64,000 nt of DNA from positions 256,542 to 320,541 of the forward strand of contig NC_068986.1 of the NCBI RefSeq assembly GCF_001194135.2, read 5' to 3'. Under the pieces are notes generated by a model. That model did no database searches, had not been told where the DNA came from, and worked only from the letters and a program-made list of their open reading frames with translations. The translations under genes and the position numbers were made by a program. Shown piece after piece: positions 25,443 to 39,125 of the stretch. Origin of the DNA: Octopus bimaculoides. Lineage: Eukaryota. Every line of letters begins with the position of its first letter. Position 1 is the stretch's first letter.

Positions 25443-25793
25443 CGACTGCGGCCATGCTGGAGCACCGCCTTTAGTCGAGCAAATCGACCCCGGGACTTAT
25501 TCTTTGTAAGCCTAGTACTTATTCTATCGGTCTCTTTTTGCCGAACCGCTAAGTGACGGGGACATAAATACACCAGCATCGGTTGTCAAGCAATGCTAGG
25601 AGGACAAACACAGACACACAAACACACACACATATATATATACATATATACGACGGGCTTCTTTCAGTTTCCACTCACAAGGCTTTGGTCGGCCCGAGGC
25701 TATAGTAGAAGACACTTGCCCAAGGTGCCACGCAGTGGGACTGAACCCGGAACCATGTGGTTGGTAAGCAAGCTACTTACCACACAGCCACTC
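25443..25793 (-). mobile_element. tRNA-derived composite SINE family B (CORE-like segment, central microsatellite, conserved 3' half)
   Basis: The head is gagtggctgtgtggtaag...gggttcagtccc and the body ccttgggcaagtgtcttctactatagcc. The 3' half is cggttcggcaaaaagagaccgatagaataagtac...ccagcatggccgcagtc. Further partial copies lie at ~18490-18620, ~33020-33180, ~46330-46510 and 50256-50411. Confidence 0.85.
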
Positions 25794-26767
25794 GCATTAA
25801 TATATATATGTGTGTGTATGTATCTGTGTGTATGCAAAATGACCAATATAGGCCTGAGAAGATAATATTTATAGAGAAAACCTCAATACACAATTATGTA
25901 CAATGCGTTTATATATATTATTAGTAATTCATTCGTTTCACGGACCATCTATGTGTGTGTGTATGTGTGTGTGTATATGTGTGTGTGTGAGTGCCGGCTT
26001 TGCTATCTTAGTGTGGTCGTATAATATGGATGGCTATAAGCAGCAGTAATACTAGGTAGTATTTGTTGTATCAGCTTGCAGTTGTCAGCCGATACATTTT
26101 TTTTCCACGGAAAATAGGGAAAAAGTCGTAAACTTCCATTTTTATGCTTAATTTCTTCAATCTTAGAATAATTAAATACCTTGCTGTGGTGGCTCCATTA
26201 AACAATTAATTTTGGGACTCTTGCTGCTACGGCCAAACATTTGTATACGCATACTTTTTAAAATCGATAATGAAGTTTGTGAGAAAATATTTAACCAAAT
26301 CAATTTTATTTGAGCAGAAGTTATTTTCGATTTCAGTTTTTTTCTCTCCTTTTTCCACATTTAAACAACTCTTGCAAAAAATCTGTTATTAATTAAATGC
26401 AAAATAGGAAAATCTGTTCCCGTTCTGACATAGTAATTTTGACCGTAGCGAACATCCTGTAGCGAACATCTTCCATATGAAAAGTAATTATCTTCGCCAG
26501 GAAATATGCAGTTAAGCAAAAGCAAATACATAGCGGGAAGTGAAATTTCAAATTCCATAACAATATTTGTTCTCTTAACCATATTGTTATATATAATCTT
26601 ATACTGTTTCTTGTATATTTGGCTTCCAATAATTTTTATATTTTTATTACAAGTTTTAAATGTTTTGTTTTATTAGCCTCACAATTTACTTCATTCCAGA
26701 ATCCAATATTTTTTATTATCTTCCCACGTTCCTTTATTTTTATTTTTATTCAGAACTTATTACTCAC

Positions 26768-27055
26768 TTTGTAGACAAGAAAGAAAATTTCGAAAGCAGT
26801 AAAGCTGTAAGGACAGCAGATAAATATTGGATATTTACCTTTATAAGACAGAAAAAAAAACTCAGCAGGCGACTTCGGGATCCTTTAGAAACCGGCTGAG
26901 TGCTCTTACCATTAAGCTAAACGTCCCTCAACGTCCCTCAAATCCTGTAGCAGCCTGCTGGCAACGTTTCCCCGTTTTATAATGATAAATACCCGCTCTT
27001 TCTCAGCTGTTCTTACAGATTTACTGCATTCGAAGTTTACTTTCTTGTCTACAAA
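26768..27055. mobile_element. MITE-like inverted-repeat element with internal tRNA-like segment
   Basis: There are ~55-bp imperfect arms (tttgtagacaagaaag...ctgtaaggacagc and its reverse complement). The minus strand inside reads tagcttaatggtaagagcactcagccgg. Confidence 0.6.
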
Positions 27056-27507
27056 ATACCAACTACATTCGACGCTTCCAAAGTTTGTTTATGAATGATA
27101 TTATTCACCGTTTTCATCCAGTGACATCATTTTCCTCGTATTTACAACGATACAGCATCACTAAAATCTATCATATAAGCTCTAAAATAGATATGTATTT
27201 GTTTATTCTTTTACTGATTTAGTCATGGGAGGGTGACCGAGCTGTGGCATCGTCGATCGTATCGACCCTAGCATTTATTTGAACATGATACACGTTATTC
27301 ATGAAACCGGTAGGTTAAGGCATTCTGATATAAAGTGGTACAACTCAACAGGTTTTGTATCAATAAACACAGGCATAGATATATACACCGTCATACACAC
27401 GTGCATGCACACAAATACACACAAGTCCGCACACGCATACACAAATACACACACGCCGCACATGTCCACACACGCACACATACGCCACATGTGAGTGCAG
27501 ATACATA

Positions 27508-28275
27508 CAGGGGTTGTACAAAATAATGGAAACACCTTAAAATTTCAAACAAATTAATTTTAATATGGGGTAGGACTGCCTTTGACGGTAATTACAGCTT
27601 GAATTCTACAAGGTATGGACTCGTACAAAGATTGAATTGTTTCCAAAGGAATTTTTGTCCATTCTTCAGCTAAAACAGTCTCCTGTTCTTGTACTGATGA
27701 TGGTGGAGGATATCGACTCCTTACTTGTCTTTCTAAAATGCACCATAAACGTTCAATAATATTGAGATCTGGGGACTGTGGTGGCCAGATAAGATGTTCA
27801 GCTTCACTAGAATGTTCCTCATGCCATTCAGTAACAACTTTAGCTGTGTGATTTGGTGCATTATCATCCTGAAAGATTGCGTTTCCCTCTGGAAACAGTT
27901 CTGCAACCATAGGATGAATTTGATCAGATAAAATGCTTGAATAGCCTTAACTATTAATTCTGCTGTAAAGAGAAGCCATTGGGCCGGCGGATTTCTAAGA
28001 TATAGCTCCCCCCCGTCCCAGATCATCACAGATCCTCCTCGATGTTTCACAGTTGGAAGAAGGCAGTCTGGGTCAAATGCTTCGTTTGGCTGTCTCCACA
28101 CGTATACTCGGCTGGTGGTCAGAAATAAGGTAAGGGATGACTTGTCCGAGAAAGTTAAATTCTTCCACTGCTCTAGGGACCAATTCTGTAGGGTTTTACT
28201 CTACTCTAAACGCATTGCAACGTTTGTTTTTGAAATTAGTGGTTTTCTGATTGCAGCCCTCCCGTGAAATCCGGC
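27508..28275 (-). mobile_element. Tc1-family (DD34E) transposase pseudogene, 5'-truncated, one TIR
   Basis: It reads GRAAIRKPLI...FSDKS...PTVKHRGGSVMIW...FQDDNAPNH...WPPQSPDLNIIERLW...IPCRIQAVI..KGSPTPY* with stops and a frameshift. TA plus the TIR caggggttgtacaaaataatggaaacacc is at 27506-27536. Confidence 0.93.
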
Positions 28276-28360
28276 AAATCAATTGATATGACCAAAGTAG
28301 AAAAGATGAACATTGAAATTGCTTTCAAGCTAAAGAAATGAAAACATTACTCGTGTAATG

Positions 28361-28570
28361 AAACATGAAAGTAGAGAAACAAGTACTAAACACAAAGGTA
28401 GTGACACTAGAACTAAACATAACGATAGTACAGAAGTAAACATGATTATATTGTGATTACAGGTAAACATAAACGCGAGAAGATGAGAGCTAAACGTACA
28501 GGCAGCGGGATTAGAGGTAAACACGAAGGTGGTATGATTACTGCAAACCATCGAGACAATGTGATTATTT
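28361..28570. repeat. Degenerate 27-bp-period minisatellite with conserved (T)AAACA core
   Basis: AAAC cores fall at 28361, 28388, 28415, 28438, 28465, 28492, 28519 and ~28545. Confidence 0.7.
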
Positions 28571-30321
28571 TTACATATAGACAACACTTACTAATAAGGT
28601 GTTGGTTCCTGTTTGATTTATGACATACTATACCGAAACGAGGTTAAAGAAAGTTTTTGTTTATGAGAGAGAATACGGACCAAAGATAGACTTTAATGCC
28701 TATTTCAGTGATTTGATAAGTAATTCAAAATTCCTTCTCTTGGATATGCGGAGCATTTGATCTCGGGATGAGTCGATGTGATCGAATTATTTGTTTTAGA
28801 CAGCCTAAGCATAAATATGAATTTATTTACATTGGATTTTGCAGACATATAGTGCAACAGAAAATAGCGGGAAATTAACCTAAATTTATTGATATTAAAA
28901 CAATACGAACATAATGAATGTAATTCTATTAAACACAGAGTTCAATCATTTTTGTCACAATATTCCGAATCAGTTGCAGCTAACGAAAGTCAGCATAAAT
29001 TGAATTGAAATTATAAGCTATATAGTGTTCTGCCCCACGCAGCCAAAAGTGTTTGGTGTCATATTAAAGATAAAGACTTAAAGTACAACTTTAATGTGAT
29101 TCAACAATGATCAGAGTAATAGAGGACATGTGTAGTCTAATGGGACTTGAGCTTGTCTACTCTAGGGAAGTGACAGTATTCAAACGGTTCAGGGACCCAC
29201 TTTTCAGAAGAGGTCCTTTTACTCTGAAGTTCTTGTTTTAAATACATGTTATGTATTTCTGTTTTGTCTTTTATTAAGAAACGAATAGGCTGGTCCTTGA
29301 TGATTTGGTATTAGAGAAGAACTTGGAATGCCTGTTATGCATTACAACCAACTAAGACAGTATATGATGAAGACAACAACTAGTAAATGGTTAAGGCTTT
29401 CGACAGGTTAGATTATTGATGACTAGTATATATTCTCAAGACCGATGGCATCGATTCAATATTCTGCAACAGTATCTAATTAGAGATAGAATGGTTAAGG
29501 CGGTAAATTGTAGACCCTCGAGAAATATATTTTCCAATTTTCTCTTTTCCCAAAATCAACAGAGTTAAACACTCTTTAATGTGGTAAACTGGTTACGAAT
29601 ATTCAGCCAAAGTAGAAAAATGATCTCATAATTTTGAATTTATATGAAATACGAGGAATACTAACTATATAGTCGCCATCAAAGGAAACTGTATATCTGA
29701 TAAGTGCTATTCCAATACCAATTATTAATTGTTGGAAATCCTTCGTTTTCATTATGCTGTATCATATATAATTTTTAAATATTCTTTCGTGGTATTTAAA
29801 TGAATTTGAATCCCCTCGGAAATATGTTCGATGCGTTTGCATATGTGATTTCAATTATCTAGATGTGTTTAAGTTTATACATAGATATGTTATAGAGAAT
29901 ACGTCTATATCATACTTTTTCTGCCAAATGACAAGGTAGTTAGCCATTCTGATTAGTTCGTTTTTCTGTAGTCCTCGATTCAAATGACGTTTGATAGTTT
30001 TACATTACTTGTCAATATATTGATAGTTTAAAATGTTTTTATATCATTTCGCTGTAAACAATATTTTATACCACTTCATTTTAGACATTCAGAACAAATG
30101 ATTTATCACATTTCTACTTCTGATAAAACGTTAATAGAGAATGCAATTGTCTTATATTGTATTGTCGAGAAACATTAAGAATGATAGGTAATCAAATACT
30201 CAAAGACATCTGAATCAACCAGGTATATGTGTACGCGTGTGTGTCACACACACGCACACACGCACACACGCACACACACACGCACGCACGCACACACACG
30301 CACACACGCACGCACGCACGC

Positions 30322-30367
<46 letters not shown>

Positions 30368-30825
30368 GCACACGTCTATACTTCCTGTTTCTGTTCCGTG
30401 CTATTCTGCACGTCAGTCTTGCTTGGATTCTGCTTGGATGTTTCCAGTATTCCTATCAACATCGATTTTCCTTTGAGAATATTCTTAGGATCTTCAATCT
30501 GTCCTATTCTGTTTCTCGCCAAAGAGGCGTAAATTAGCGAGAGAGAGAGAGAGAGAGAGNNNNNNNNNNNNNNNNNNNNNNNNNNNNNNNNNNNNNNNNN
30601 NNNNNNNNNNNNNNNNNNNNNNNNNNNNNNNNNNNNNNNNNNNNNNNNNNNNNNNNNNNNNNNNNNNNNNNNNNNNNNNNNNNNNNNNNNNNNNNNNNNN
30701 NNNNNNNNNNNNNNNNNNNNNNNNNNNNNNNNNNNNNNNNNNNNNNNNNNNNNNNNNNNNNNNNNNNNNNNNNNNNNNNNNNGAGAGAGAGAGAGAGAGC
30801 GAGAGAGAGAGTGAGAGCGAGAGAG

Positions 30826-30870
<45 letters not shown>

Positions 30871-31603
30871 GGGGGAATCCATTCTACTACTTGACTCTCA
30901 TTCATCGATCCTGAAATGATCAGAAGCATAGTTGACCTGCCCAGAATTTGAACGCAGGCCACTGGAACATATATTACAAAGCATTCGATCCGACACTGTA
31001 ACAAATCTACTGATTCATCGCATGCACATGCGTACAAATACGTGTAAATCTAGCAGACAAGAAAACATTATTATCGGAGAAATATTTCTTATCAAATGCC
31101 GGTTAATTAGTTACAAACGTGAGCTTCGCAAACAACTTAAAACAAAAAGAAATGAAAACGTTTATGCGAATATTTTAGTTAGTTGGCATACGTTACCTTA
31201 ATAACGTATCCAGTTGCCATTCTGGTTTGCCGTTGTAAAAGGAAATGACATAACACAGTGTCCCACCACACAACATAAAACAACTGACACAAAAGGACAG
31301 AAAGGAAAGAGATTAATTCAGAGAATATAGTATGAAGCTAGTCAATATGCAATCAAGTGAGTAATGTAAACAAAGCTAAACACAATATACAGATTTATCA
31401 ATGTTATCTTCTAAACTCAGGAACTATGTATATATATACATATATATNNNNNNNNNNNNNNNNNNNNNNNNNNNNNNNNNNNNNNNNNNNNNNNNNNNNN
31501 NNNNNNNNNNNNNNNNNNNNNNNNNNNNNNNNNNNNNNNNNNNNNNNNNNNNNNNNNNNNNNNNNNNNNNNNNNNNNNNNNNNNNNNNNNNNNNNNNNNN
31601 NNN

Positions 31604-31651
<48 letters not shown>

Positions 31652-32567
31652 TTGACATTACGAGTTAATTAAAATCGTTTTGTTTAAAATGTCTATCATT
31701 TATTTTCTCTGTCAATAGTAGGATATTTCTTTTCGTTACTGAAAAGGATTAGTATGCTGAAAAGCACAGCTTGATACAAGGAATTATCATGTGAGCGATT
31801 TCAGACATATCAGGTTATGACATTTACTCCGTATCACATCACATAGCATTTCCAGTTCTAAACAATTGTCTCTTTCATTGACATTAGCTGGGCTTACATA
31901 TTCAAGCGACTGAATCAGTTTCAGTGTCACAGAAATGTTTCTATATTTAATTACATTCCTCTACATACTGAGATCAAATCCAACTGGGGTTGATCTTGAC
32001 ATTTATTCCGTCCATGTTTGATAGAATAATCATTAGAAATGTACTTCAATCATTTCATTTGGATGGAACAGCGATTTTATCATAGAATCAAAATTGCTTC
32101 AAATATTTTATTTGTTCCAATTTACATTAATAGCTAACAAACCAGTAATGAGAGCATGAAGAGTTACTCAAAGTCCATGATTATTTTCAAAGCTTATACA
32201 TTAATCCTGTTGTGAACGAATAGATTTTCTTGGAGCAATGAACATATATTTTAAGTTACTCCGTTTATCCTTCAGACGTTTACATATAATAAAATTGTAA
32301 CATTAATAAATCAATCTCTAAGACAGCGAATTGGCAGGGTTGTTAGACTGTTGAATAGAATGTCTTGCCGTATTTGTTTCAACTCTGCGTTGTGCGTTCA
32401 AATCCGAAGTTAACTTCGACTTCCATTCTTTCGAGTTAGATGACAGTCTAGATCCAGGACGATGGATAGGTGAGCATTCACGGGTAGAGCGGTACGCCTT
32501 CCGCTATCCTGTTCCGGTTGTTTGAATTCTGACAGCAATATCTGCAACGATGCTGATACCAAACAAG

Positions 32568-32621
<54 letters not shown>

Positions 32622-34739
32622 CAAAGTCAACCACAAAACGTCAGGAAACCTTTTCCTCACAGCAGAGAAACTTGACCAAGTTCACAAATACGCAAAGACA
32701 CGGAATAAATACCACAAGGCTTCTGTTGCGTCGTTCACACATCTCGGCCAGTTCATCGTCCAGGTTTCGTATTCATTTATCGACCCCGAGAGAATGGAAA
32801 CTCAGAACAAATACTGCTAGGCATTCTATTTTACGCCCAAAAGATTCTACCAATATATCATTTAAATAGAAATGCTTTGAGTAAAGAAGCAGGTTCTTGC
32901 AGATATTTTCACCAAAACGTTCAAAGTGGTCATAAGTTTTCTAAGGAGAAATCAGTAATTAAGAAATTATTTCTCACACAAAAACCGTTTCTATCCAGGT
33001 TTGAATATTCTTTTATTCTTTTATTTGTTTCAGTTATTCTGACTGCGGCCTTGAAACCATGGGCTGCTTGGGTTGGTTTTATATGCTAAAAATATTAGGC
33101 GAATCTCTGAATGACATCGATCCCAGCACTTGTTCTTTGTAAGCCTGGTACTTATTCTATCGGCCTCTTTTATCGAAATTTACTGTTATTATTATTCATA
33201 ATCTCCAAATAAGCCGTGATCGAGCAAATTTATGATCAAAGATGTTTCAACTGTGATGAAATTATTTGTTTCTGTATTTATGATTAGAGTGTTCAATACT
33301 CAGTTTTAAGACGCTAAACCATTTGAGAGAGATTTGAGTGCTGCCTAGAGCGGGTCGCTCGATGACACAGACGTCCTTCTGTTTGTTCATCAAAATAGGA
33401 TTCTTAGAACACTTGAGTTTCCTCCTCGATCATCCAACTGCGATGGTCTGACGAGAACCACCTTTTGGCTCTTGAACGCGGTTTTCAGTGAAACAAACGA
33501 TAAGCAGGTTAATTGCATTTTGAGTGTATACCGAAATGCAATAAAGTCATGAAACCTTTCTCAAAACGCCTGAATGCTTGCAGGAACATTTCTATAAATA
33601 TTATATATTCCGTAAATGATAAGCCAGAGTTTTAGAAAAATAGAATTAAAATTAAATTCCGAAATAATATTTACACCTGATAACCTTTCTGAAGAAAGTA
33701 AAAAAAACAAAAAAAAAAAACAAAGAAAAGAAAAAATAACTAGCCTGAGAGGTAGGTGTGACTCGACTGCTGTTAATAATTAAATCTAAATAATCCTTCG
33801 CCGATGGGAGAAGTAGCAAGAAAAACAATTACGAATTTTTTGCCCCCTATTTCAGGCTTTTTCACTCTCCCTTCTGCTCACTCTCTTACTATATACACAC
33901 CCACACACACACAGCCATACATATAAATAGCAGTCTCTTTTATTTACTTTTCCTGAATGCTCAATACCATGGTGAAGGGTATTGTCAGCCACTCAATTAT
34001 CCCCTCCTAGTTCCAACACCCCCGCTCCCTATCTGTTTCTTTCTTCTTTCCACTCTCTCATTCTCTCTTTAACTCTCACTCTCTTTCTCTGTCTTTTTTT
34101 CATACATATTTATTGCCATCAAGAAAAAAGAAATAAATGCTCCTTACAAGAGAATCTAAGCGCATGCGTATTGATTTTTCTATCTCTTCTTATCATTGAA
34201 AAGTGAAGACAACTTTTCAATAGGTTGTCGTGAATAAGAAGAAAAGTTAAGGCTGTGATAAGAAAGCTGACATCTGTTGAGTGAAATGTCAAATATATAT
34301 NNNNNNNNNNNNNNNNNNNNNNNNNNNNNNNNNNNNNNNNNNNNNNNNNNNNNNNNNNNNNNNNNNNNNNNNNNNNNNNNNNNNNNNNNNNNNNNNNNNN
34401 NNNNNNNNNNNNNNNNNNNNNNNNNNNNNNNNNNNNNNNNNNNNNNNNNNNNNNNNNNNNNNNNNNNNNNNNNNNNNNNNNNNNNNNNNNNNNNNNNNNN
34501 NNNNNNNNNNNNNNNNNNNNNNNNNNNNNNNNNNNNNNNNNNNNNNNNNNNNNNNNNNNNNNNNNNNNNNNNNNNNNNNNNNNNNNNNNNNNNNNNNNNN
34601 NNNNNNNNNNNNNNNNNNNNNNNNNNNNNNNNNNNNNNNNNNNNNNNNNNNNNNNNNNNNNNNNNNNNNNNNNNNNNNNNNNNNNNNNNNNNNNNNNNNN
34701 NNNNNNNNNNNNNNNNNNNNNNNNNNNNNNNNNNNNNNN

Positions 34740-34780
<41 letters not shown>

Positions 34781-34782
34781 GC

Positions 34783-34820
<38 letters not shown>

Positions 34821-35043
34821 CTGTAAGACGTCTAGAAGGTACACACACGCACACCCACACACGCATATTTATATGTATTATTTGTTGCAACGTGTATGTA
34901 TATATGTGTATTTGCATACATTAAGCATTTGTACATATATCAGATGCATGTAGAAGCAAACTTGTTCGAGTATATATATATATATATATATATGCAGCTA
35001 AGCGTGAATAAATGCATAAATATATACGTAAAATTTATCTCTG

Positions 35044-35097
<54 letters not shown>

Positions 35098-35514
35098 TGC
35101 ACGCACACACATGCATGCATACACACACATACACACGCACGCATGCATGCACACTACACATATCCTTTTTAAGTATGCCTGCATTCATATGTGAACATAA
35201 AGCTGTCCTTAAAAATGAAGCTACTCCAATGTACTTAAGGCGAGAATAGCTGTCGTAGCCATCATTAAAACAACTAACAGTAGTAAATTGTTACCGAAAC
35301 TATTCTATTTCTGTCTCCTATTTGAGGATGCACTCTTGACATTCTATACAGTTGTAGAAACCATTTGTTACTGCTGACTCTTATGCTCTCTCTCGTTATT
35401 ACTATGGACTCTCTAGCTAAATATATGAGAATAGTTTACGCAAATATAATTATAAATTTTCGAAATATTAATCTCATCTTTAGAGAGGAAATACCTCAAT
35501 ATTTATATTCGCAT

Positions 35515-35910
35515 CTAAGGCAGTGAAGTGGCAGAATCGTTAGCACGCTGGGTCAAATACTTAGCAGCATTTCGTCCGTCTTTATATTTTGAGTTCAAAT
35601 GCCGCCAGGGTCGACGTTGGCTTTCATTCCTACGGGATGCCCCGAAATCATTGTCCTTAAACCAATATTTATATCCACATAAAGGCGGCGAGCTGGCAGA
35701 GTCGTTAGCACGCCGGACAAAATGCTTAGCGGTATTTCATCCGTTTTTTTACGTTCTGATTATAAAATAGCTGGGGACGACTTTGCCATTCATCCTTTGG
35801 CAGGGTAAATAAAAAAATGTACCAATTGAGCACTGTGGTCAGTGTAATCGACATACTCCACCCCTACGCCCTGAAATTGCTGACCTTGTGTCAAAATTTG
35901 AGACCAATAT
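35515..35910 (+). mobile_element. Two tandem family A SINE copies
   Basis: Heads ggcagaatcgttagcacgc (~35530) and ggcggcgagctggcagagtcgttagc (~35683); the second continues to the tail ccttgtgtcaaaatttgagacc. Confidence 0.8.
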
Positions 35911-37974
35911 TTATAATCACATTAAGTTACGACCGATTTGATCTCGGAATGTTATCGTGGAGAAGGTTTATGTAAAGAGCTTTACAGAATTATTAACAAA
36001 GAAGAAGGAAACTGGAAAATAATATTTAAACAAGCACAAGCTTTTAAAATTACATCGTAATGAGAGCAATTTCATTTTTCAACACAGACTGTTACACTAT
36101 AAAACATACAAGGAACAACGTTGGTAATATGAACCACTTTTCCAGTGTTGTAGGCCAAAGGAAGTCGTTGGATATCATTTAAGAAAAGAAAGAGAAAGGA
36201 AAGAAAAGAAAGAAAAATTCAAGAAAAGAAAAACAATTGTGAGAGAGATATGTCAAAAAAAAGTGCGGGAGACTGTCTCCTTAACTGGGAATTTTATAGA
36301 AGAAAGAGCAACTAAGAAAGTGGCATAACTATGCCTCTGGAAAAATGGATGGGCTTCTACATGCCTTTAAACCAAAAAAAAAAAACTGTAAAATATCTGA
36401 CCAGTGTGCTTTTCATTGATGATGGAGGGGTATATGTGAGAGATAATTTTGTCTGTAAAGCTGAAGGCAAGAGACGATAGTAGTCGGAGTTGGTGGTCCA
36501 CACACTTGCTGGTGTCATGATACATGGGGCAACGGAATGCAAGGGTCATATTTGAGATTACTAGTGATGATGAGCCATGACCTGTCTTCCTTTTTGCGAC
36601 CAACATGCGAAGCTGGTGAGCGTAGAGATAACAGAAAATATGTTATTTGGTGTGATTTGTATATATATATACACAGGTCCTGATGACACTCGAATACTAC
36701 AAAGTTATTCCAGAAATGCAATACTATTGTGAGTGTAGAAAGAAGCGCAATTAAGTGGTTGTGGCGAGAAATCGCTCCACCTACTCTTTAGCAGGGCTGT
36801 CCGGATAGCTTCTTGGTCAGGTGGCAAAAGAAGTTGCGTATGTGAAAACACTAAGAATAAATAATTTCATCATCAATTAATCCCTCATCAACCTTTTCAA
36901 GTTCCTTTGAAAAGAAATATCAGAATGGAGAGGAAAGTGCTTTTTTTCAGTGAATTTCTTAAAAGAGGGTGGCTATGGCGTAAATGTTTAGAATGGATGC
37001 AACTACTCAAAGCATTCGTCCGTAAATCGGAGTTCAACTGTTGATGGGAAGCACCTGCCCTTGGTAAGCGAGATGATCTTGCTCGCTGGTGTTCCTTAGT
37101 GGACTTAGTTGAACTTTCTGTATAAGCAACACTGTTTTCTCCATGAATTTATGCATTTTATATATTATGTATACATTTAATATCATTCCATTTTTCTTCC
37201 TCTCGAATCCCCGAAACCCTCATGTACAAACTGCTTTTGTAATGTTTACTTCATCTGATGCCTTAGTGATAAATAAATCATCGTAATTTTCCTCCTGGTG
37301 ATGCGAAGTGTTATTTTCTCCTACACAAACATAAGTCATGTTGGACACTCAAACATTCTAAACTGGTTATTAATCCATAAGTGAATTTTTCAGTATGTGA
37401 TAAGAAAACAACAGCAACAATAAAAAAAATGCAGTCAATGAACAACAATACCAACAACAAGAATGTTTTCTAATGCTTTCTCCTTCTCCTTTTCTTCTTC
37501 CTCCTTTTCTTTCTTATCGTCTTCACCATCATCGTTGTTAGTATTGTTGAACACTACAGATCATGCCGGCGCTGCGTTTAAAATCGCCCTCATATATACA
37601 CGCGCCCTCACGAACACACACTCTCACACACACGCACAAAAAAATTGATTCATTTGAAATTTTGACAATTGATTTTTTTTCTTGTATACACATATGCATT
37701 GGTCGATAGGTATCTATAATTTAACAAAAAGCACAGAAATATGTAATTTTCTTTAAAATCACATGATTTGATCGTCGTATTCATGCACACCAGTAAATGC
37801 ACGTTAAAAAGTAGGACAGCATTGATTTCATAAACTTGGCAAATATCTCCCTATGTGATATAAGTTATCTTGAGAAGCTGTAAGCGTTCATTATGAACAC
37901 GTTTCGCGAGTAATGACAGGAAACCATGCAAGCTTATGCGAGTTGTTTCGTTGGACTCAAGGTTATAAAATCTG

Positions 37975-38085
<111 letters not shown>

Positions 38086-38317
38086 GCAAAATAGATAGAA
38101 CTAGGTGTAAGAAAATATTTATATGGCAAGTTGCACATACAATTCTATGATATAATTTAGTCTCGTGTTTGTGCGTGTTTGTGCGTGTCTGTGTGTGCAT
38201 GTCTGTGTGTATGTGTATGTATATATGTGTCTGCGTGTGAGCGTGCGTATTTATAGCGTTATAAATTGGTGAAAGACATAAACATCCGAGAGAAAATCTA
38301 TAAACCAGTGCGGAGAC

Positions 38318-39125
38318 CTTTGGTGGCGAGATAACAGAATGGCAGCATTTCGCCCGTCTTTACATTCTGAGTTGAAATTCTGCTGAGGTCGACTTAGCCT
38401 TTCATCTCTTCGAGGTCGAGAAAATAAGTTACCAGTTGAGCACTGGTAATCGTCTTACCCCTCCCCTGAAATTTCTGGCCTTGTGCCAACACTTGAAACT
38501 AATTTCACTGTCAGTTAACCACAGAAATTTGAAATTAATTTAACATATTTAATGTATTGAACTATCAGTGGAGTACTGGGGTCGATGTAATCGACTTAAC
38601 CTCCTCCCCCAAATTTCAGGCCTTGTGCCTAACGTAGAAAGGATTATTTTTATTATTATTATTAAGGCGGTGAGCTAACAGAATCTTTAGTACGCCAGAT
38701 AAAATGTTTAGCTGTATTTCTTCCGGCTCCTCACGTCCTAATTACAAACACTCGAGGTCTACTTTACCTCCCATCCTTTCTGGATCTATAAAAGAGGTAC
38801 AACTTGAGCATTGAAATAGACGTAATCGATTAACCCCATCTCTGCAAAATATCAGGCCCTTGCTTATAGTGGAAAAGAGTTGTGCTATTACTGATCCGAC
38901 ATTCTAGCAAAATTTCTTGAGAGTCGGAAATAGATTATCTGCAGCGTTTATTTCAACTTTTTACGTTCTTGGTTCAGTTTCTGCTTTCTCGTAGAGTTCA
39001 CTTTTGTCTTTTATCCTTTCGAGGTCGATAAAATAAAGTACAAGTCAAATTATGGTGTCGACTTCATCGACTAGCCCTCTTCCCTCAAATTTGCTGTCCT
39101 TGTGTCAAAACTAGGAAGTATTAAA
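38318..39125 (+). mobile_element. Head-to-tail array of four family A SINE copies/fragments
   Basis: Repeated body and tail motifs at ~38318-38505, ~38570-38650, ~38664-38880 and ~38895-39125. Confidence 0.75.

Noticed and set aside
33447-33485. CTGACGA followed by a hairpin as a possible further hammerhead
   Set aside because: No GAAA follows stem II, and there is no stem I or III.
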